DNA of 64,000 nucleotides from NCBI GenBank assembly GCA_000091205.1, contig AP006495.2, one strand, 5' to 3'. A program made the position numbers and the translations under genes. The notes beneath the pieces were generated by a model, which was not told where the DNA came from, did no database searches, and worked only from the letters and a program-made list of their open reading frames with translations. Position 1 is the first letter of the stretch, and every line of letters starts with the position of its first letter. Below, in pieces: positions 58,422 to 64,000 of this stretch. The DNA is from Cyanidioschyzon merolae (taxonomy: Eukaryota).

Positions 58422-59862
58422 CGTATCCGGGTGAAGTGGCTCCGACTCCTGTGCAGCACTCGTTGTTGGCGGCATTCCGCAAAACCAAGGCCTGTTTTGT
58501 TCCCTGCGTGACAAGCATGAAGACGTCCGCTGCGTTTGCTGGTCAGACGAGCACCAGCTGTCTTTGTCTGATAACCAACTTGTCTGGAGCTCCATAGGCT
58601 GTAGTGCTCCACCGAGCTCTTTTTAACCGTGCCGGTCGCTTGTATTCTAGAAGCCGCGACACTTCAGGTCGGTCGATGTACAGCAACCCAACGCAAGCGG
58701 TGGCGCTTTTCGTGCAGAAGCGCGGACCTCGCCGTACGTATCGCTCAGGCTCCGAAACGCACCAGCGAGTTTCTCGTTCGCAGTGAGAGTTCAGCCACTC
58801 AGTTCGATGGACCAGGCTTGTCTAATCGACGCAATGTTCCACCATACATAGAAACATGGTGCAACCAAAGTCTTTCCCGAACGGCATGAGCCAACCGCTT
58901 TGCTCATACGTATCCAGCTGGGAGAAGCAGCAGCAGCGGCAGCGGCGATGGCGGCGGCAGCGGCGATCTCCACGCTTGGAGCCACCAGGGCTCGTGTCCG
59001 TTTTTTCTTTCTACGAGATAGCGCCCATGAAACACGGAGTGCAGGCAGTGCTCCTGCTTCCTGCTAGACGAACGGATACGATCGCGTGTCAACGAGATGC
59101 TCGAGTCGAGTCTGTCCGATTCTGGTGCTGGGAACATGACGGGTCTTTTCGTATACGCGTACGGCCTCATATCCGTTTATGTGAAACGGGATCTCGGATC
59201 CCAACCCAGTCGCTCCATCAACGTTCTTGTGAACAGTACCGAAGCTTGACATGCTGCGGCCTGTTTGGTAGCATTTCTCAGACAACTTTTGCAGCGGCAT
59301 CAATTGATCAAAAGACCTTCGAGTTGATAGAGTCAAACAGATTCCGTTTCGGGTGCACGGTGTTCAGCGTAAGGGCCAGGAGACGGGTGACTCATGCACC
59401 CGCTTATCGTAGAATGAGTACCATGGGGAAAACGGTAGATTTTTCGCCTGCTACCGGTGACGGAATCCAGACTTTCGGCGGTCTGGCTCCCGACTAGTGG
59501 ATGCATTCCTTCTATTGAATACTTCCGGGAAAACAGAACCCAATCGGCGTGATGGTATAGGTATTCCAGAATTTACTGCTCTGCGTCTACCAGCATGACA
59601 GTGCTAAGTTTAGATGCATCATTCGTGTACCATTTAGACTGTTCAAGGGATCGACTTCATCGCAGACAACATTTCGAAAAAAGACGGTATTGGCGTGTCA
59701 CAGCCGCGAACGGCCGGTCGTGCGCCTTGAACAACCCGAATGCGGGACGTAGCCAGTATGCACCGCAAGCTCCAAAGTACGGACCAACACCAAAAACCTA
59801 ATCGATTCAACTGCAGAGATGCCTGCTTGTGAATTCCAGCCAGTCGCGTACCGCCACGTGCT

Positions 59863-60597
59863 CTAGACAAGCTCGATGTATGCGAGTTCAGCGTTATCAC
59901 CTCGCCGAAACCCAGCACGTATGATCCGGGTGTAGCCACCGTTGCGGTCGCCGTAGCGCTCGGGAGCTGCCTCGAAGAGCGCATGCACCAGTTGCTTATC
60001 GTAGATGAAACCGATTGCTTGCCGTCGCGCCGCAAGCGTTCCTCTTTTCGCCAGCGTTATCATTTTATCTGCATACTGCCGAACAACCTTCGCGCGCACT
60101 ACAGTTGTCTTTATGCGTCCGTGCCGTAGCACTTCTGTAGTGAGCGCCCGGATAAGTGCTTTTCGTTGGTCAGCAGGCCGGTTCAACTTCTTGAGACGGT
60201 CTCCGTGGCGCATCGCTTCCAGGCTCAAAACGCCACTTCCAGCCGGCACCCGAGTCTGAACCGCAAAGTTGAAACGCGGAACTGGCACGCTGGGGATCAA
60301 CGGAGCGCCCCTGAAGACACTTGCCGGTCGCGCAGGCAGCACGCGACACGCCGCAACGCAGGACGCCGGTGCAACCCTCGCGAGAGGTGCTTGAACAAAA
60401 CCCAGTGTTATTCTAGAAAGCATTTGTCTAGAATCAGAACAGACACGAACACAAGCAACGAACTGGGAAAACGAAAGATACCCTGTGAACCGAGTCGAGA
60501 CGTCTTTCGCCAGCGTCGAACGTGGCGTCCAACACGATACCCCCAAAAGTGTCTTGTGATAGCGCCAAGCGCTCGACAATGTGCGCAGTGATGGCAT
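59863..60597 (-). CDS. Organellar (probably mitochondrial) ribosomal protein bL17 with an N-terminal presequence
   Basis: C-terminal domain [107 protein letters not shown] matches bacterial L17 almost throughout. The R/S/A-rich N-terminal extension fits a targeting peptide; an internal ATG start (MLSRITLG) is also possible. Confidence 0.7.
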   Translation of the reverse strand: MPSLRTLSSAWRYHKTLLGVSCWTPRSTLAKDVSTRFTGYLSFSQFVACVRVCSDSRQMLSRITLGFVQAPLARVAPASCVAACRVLPARPASVFRGAPLIPSVPVPRFNFAVQTRVPAGSGVLSLEAMRHGDRLKKLNRPADQRKALIRALTTEVLRHGRIKTTVVRAKVVRQYADKMITLAKRGTLAARRQAIGFIYDKQLVHALFEAAPERYGDRNGGYTRIIRAGFRRGDNAELAYIELV

Positions 60598-62136
60598 CCT
60601 ATCGAGTACGACGGCGGCGACGATCGGCGAGGCGCCGCCGTTGCACGCAAGTGGACGAAATTGTCATGATTGTACAGCTTTCAACATGCCCCAGATGTAG
60701 GCTGTGCTGCGCATCCGCGTGGCGCGGGCGCACCTCGGTATCCGTGTTCAGCGTCGTACCCGAGATAGACATCGCTACCATCTCTATTCCTGTGCGTTTG
60801 AGAAGAGCACCGCTCCAGTCAGCTGACCTGAACGTGCATACGAAAGTTTGGGTATCGTACGACGCTTGAGAATACCTGTCTGTTTTGCGAGCCGCTCTCT
60901 GCGATTGCTTCCTTTTACGCTTTCATCTCCAGCTTTACATTCGTTCTTCGCTTTTGTCTCTTTTGCTGTATTGTCTGCAGTTGATGAGTATTTTTGAGCA
61001 GCGCTAGAGACACGATATCGCTGCTTACGGGTGTTGTTGATGCATCTCATGCATTGGCAGTCTTTGCGAGCAACGAAGCTTCTTTGTGTCTAGCCGTGGC
61101 GCAGCGTGCACAATCGTGACGCCTACCTCGCGTAACGTGTTTCCATGGGTCCACGACACCTCATAGTCCTGCGAGATCCTCGCTGTGTGGTGCCTGACGA
61201 CTTGCGTCACCGCTCAGTACATGCTCGTGACGCGTACAGAGTGCTCTTCTCAATGTGCTCCTCCGTTTCCGCGTCTGATGTCTTATCTTTTGATCACAGG
61301 CCTCCTGTGGGCCATTCACCTGGGCGAGTCTCTTGATCAGTTGCACGCGCAATTGCACGCTGGCCAATGCGGTAGAGGATCTGTGGAGCGCGACATTGTG
61401 CACGATGCACCAAGCGCCGAGAGCAATATCCAGACTGGAGATCAAGTCGAGAGATTTCGAACCGTCGATGCTCTCTCCATGCGAAACGATGACGCAACCT
61501 CTTCCAGAGGAGATCGCTGAAAGAACTCAGGTTCGATACCAGGACCCTTTGCCATACGAGGAGAACAGGCGGGAGCCTCTGGGAGCATATCTCGTGAGCG
61601 CTGTGATGCTGCTTTCGAATGCCGTTTCTTCACTGGCTGCAAAGAGGAGTTGATTGATCGTCTAAACGTAATCGATTACTTCAAAGGACGAATCCAGTGA
61701 AATTTGCGCATGAACTTATGAACAAGTCTCAAAGGGACGATGTCGACGTTTTGTCCTGGTTCATCCAGCGACGTGAATCCTTGCGCCAACGAGATGCTTT
61801 AAGAAAGAAAAATCAAGAACTTGATCGATGCACGATTTGAACATGTTGCATGTATGGAGTTGGCAATCGCTGCGGCTCGTATGTATGATTCGGATCATGG
61901 CGTGGACTAGTTTACGGACCCGTGTTCGCGGGCGTCGCGCATCATCTAGGCTCCAGTGATGTAACGAATCCCAGCAGGAAAGCGTCAAGGAAGCCCATCT
62001 GAAACGCCAACCGATCATCCTAAAACTACGAATGAATCCGCAAGCCCTCATCCTTTCACATCTAGAAACCATTCGGGTAAAATCGAAAGGCAGGAACAGA
62101 GCCAGCAGTGCAGCCTTCCTTCAGAATCTGACACGC

Positions 62137-63072
62137 TCATAGCGCACGTCGCGTTGCAGCGGCCGCTGCAGCGCGCCGTCGGAGCACCAAAAAGCCGCTC
62201 ACGGTCCAGAAGGGCATGGCAAATCCCAGGTACCCGAGGGTTTGCATTAAATTCCATTTTGTGAAAAACATCACGAGCATCGCGAGCGCACTGCCCAGAC
62301 AAAGCTGCCACGCCAGTGCATGCGTTCCCAGGGACGCATCCAGCGCCCAAGGCGTTACAAGCAGGCCCTGTGCGAACGCCAGTGCGCACCACGCGAACCC
62401 AGCGGCAACGACAGTCGCGGTGCAGAGGCCTGCGACCAGAGGATACGTTTTCGGTGTCGAATGCGAATATTGAACGGCAAATTCGGGTCGAGGACCCCAG
62501 TGCACTGTAAAGTTTCGTTCAAAGATGCCGGGCCTCTCGGGTACCGGTGTCGGTCGCAGGTCGACTTTTAAGGTCGCGCTTCGACGATCAGCGGAGCGTT
62601 GGCCAGGCGGCGCTTCAAGCGACCACACCAGCGGTGCCTCGTCTCGCGCGCTCCCGGCAATAACTACCAGTGTCGCGAACGAGTCCTCCACCAGGTATGG
62701 TTCTTGTACCAGATGCTCCGCTGGCGAGAACCGAAAACCTATCGTGTTCTCGCGTCTCACGTTCGCTGTAAGGGCGTGCTGCACCCCAGTGTGCTCATTG
62801 AAGAGCAGAAAGAAAGCTTGCTCAGGAGCGGTGGCGAAGGGCTCGAGCTCGACCCAAAACTGCAGTGCGTCTCCGCGACTTAGTCTCAGTGGCAGGTGCG
62901 AAGCCAGACTCTGCCCGAAAGTATTCGCATCTCCGCTGATGCGGAGTGGCTCACCCGAACGCTCGACTTGGAGCGTTGCTCGTGCAACCTGGTAACCGAG
63001 TACTGGCTGCATGCCGCACACGCCGCTCAAAACCACGGAGATGCAGAGCAAAATCAGAAGAAACTTCACCAT
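62137..63072 (-). CDS. Type-I membrane glycoprotein: signal peptide, about 200-aa lumenal domain, three C-terminal TM helices. Possibly an OST Swp1/ribophorin-II-like subunit (tentative)
   Basis: MVKFLLILLCISVVLSGVCG is a signal peptide. An N-glycosylation sequon NFT is present. TM helices VAGLCTATVVAAGFAWCALAF, LGTHALAWQLCLGSALAMLVMFF and LGYLGFAMPFWTVSGFLVL are followed by a basic tail. The family assignment rests on topology only. Confidence 0.3.
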   Translation of the reverse strand: MVKFLLILLCISVVLSGVCGMQPVLGYQVARATLQVERSGEPLRISGDANTFGQSLASHLPLRLSRGDALQFWVELEPFATAPEQAFFLLFNEHTGVQHALTANVRRENTIGFRFSPAEHLVQEPYLVEDSFATLVVIAGSARDEAPLVWSLEAPPGQRSADRRSATLKVDLRPTPVPERPGIFERNFTVHWGPRPEFAVQYSHSTPKTYPLVAGLCTATVVAAGFAWCALAFAQGLLVTPWALDASLGTHALAWQLCLGSALAMLVMFFTKWNLMQTLGYLGFAMPFWTVSGFLVLRRRAAAAAATRRAL

Positions 63073-64000
63073 TTCGAAACAATGTCTCGGTGAAAGGAAG
63101 TAGATCAACGCCTGTCGCCTTTGCAAGTACCCGCCAGCTGTGGTAGACTCGGCGCTCCCCGGCGTAGGTCGATTCCGTGGGAGAGGTGCGCGCGCGTTCG
63201 CGCCGGGCGCACGCTGACCCTGAGCGCCGCTGAGGCGCCTCGGCAGGTTGCTTCGACCCGTTCCTACAACACCTGTGAAGCATCATCATTGGGTGAATGC
63301 CTTTGGAATTTTTCGGGACCTTTCTAGATGCATTGCTTTGGTATGCGACATGCAGCAATAAGGGTTTCGGGATGCATGGAGAGTTCCCGGATTTTCAGGT
63401 ACATTCTCGAAGCGCCTCTTTCGACGCGTTGACGTTGGAATTTCATCACGCATTTCATCATAGACATCAGGACGTTTCACGAATCCCTTATCGAACGCGA
63501 ATGTGTGGGCACGCGCGTGCACCGGACGTAACCGCTCGCCGAGAGAATCGCCCAGAAGCAGCCCGTGATCCTGGTGTCCGGCCCTGAGCGCCCAAACGCA
63601 TGAGAGCGTCGACTGAGGCCTCCTGTACCCGTCAGTAGAAAGTGCCGAACGGTGCAGTTCGTATTTGCATCCTACAGGCCGGCCCTTATTAGAACTAGTT
63701 CTGGTACACAAGGAGAAACACCCGATCACAGTCAAATGTCACCGCTGCGACGAGAGAACCGAGGCTGTATGCATGGACGACGAAAATGGCAGCCAATTCG
63801 GAGATCCTAACTTGCCTCTGTGCATGACACGAATTGATAAAGGTCGTACGCTACTCATCCAGGTGTTCAACGCTGCCACCAGTATCGCTCGACTACGGAC
63901 AAGGCAGCTCGAGGGAAACTAGAGATCAAAGCATCTACATTCGAATCCAATAGAAAGGATATGGAGGCAGTTGTAGGAAAGGCTCGCAAAAGGCCACTGC

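Noticed and set aside
1-64000. A prokaryotic reading of the window: operons, RBS, rho-independent terminators, defence islands.
   Set aside because: Gene content is eukaryotic: VPS13, SDS22, Clp1, Ctf8, a cytosolic multidomain ACC, organellar bL17 with a presequence, and a K/R-rich NLS-like N-terminus on the nuclease. Gene sizes fit the same picture. The alternative start codons in the ORF track are an artefact of the translation table used.

Overview
This is GC-rich eukaryotic nuclear DNA, not prokaryotic. Coding frames stay open for kilobases (one continuous ORF of 5797 aa, one of about 2720 aa). There are many trinucleotide and hexanucleotide microsatellites ((CAG)n, (GCTGGT)n, (GATGCG)n, (CAA)n), and recognisable genes sit on both strands with 0.5-4 kb spacers. 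This fits an intron-poor microbial eukaryote; I cannot identify the species from the sequence alone.

The six-frame track uses bacterial alternative start codons, so I trimmed several starts to the first plausible ATG. My own base counting may be off by +/-1 in places.

Genes I can support, in order:
- a giant VPS13-family lipid-transfer protein (chorein-N start, VPS13 C-terminal motifs);
- D-amino-acid oxidase;
- a type-II NADH dehydrogenase (minus strand);
- a small Ctf8-like gene (minus strand);
- an anion permease with two central TrkA-C domains;
- a Clp1/Grc3-family polynucleotide kinase;
- an EgtD-type histidine N-methyltransferase;
- an SDS22-type LRR PP1 regulator (minus strand);
- an AT-1/SLC33A1 acetyl-CoA transporter;
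- a cytosolic-type multidomain acetyl-CoA carboxylase carrying a roughly 350-aa low-complexity insertion in its carboxyltransferase domain;
- HMG-CoA synthase (minus strand);
- an organellar bL17 ribosomal protein (minus strand);
- a possible ER membrane protein (minus strand).

The most unusual region is 34-38 kb. A frameshift-riddled Fanzor1/TnpB-like RuvC nuclease gene carries a GxDPG RuvC-I motif, a VxYGxGxW..KG..PAP RuvC-II block and an RDFNAA RuvC-III motif. Directly downstream on the same strand lies an ORF with NUMOD3-type DNA-binding repeats. The pair is bracketed by two diverged direct repeats of about 300 bp. A second, truncated copy of the same nuclease's C-terminus lies at 31.05-31.63 kb on the other strand, abutting the Clp1-like gene.

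Other notable structure:
- a 71-bp satellite of about 14 units with higher-order periodicity, immediately upstream of the ACC gene;
- six perfect 84-bp in-frame repeats inside the VPS13 gene;
- an approximately 95-bp tandem repeat with a palindromic core downstream of VPS13;
- a 22-bp minisatellite.
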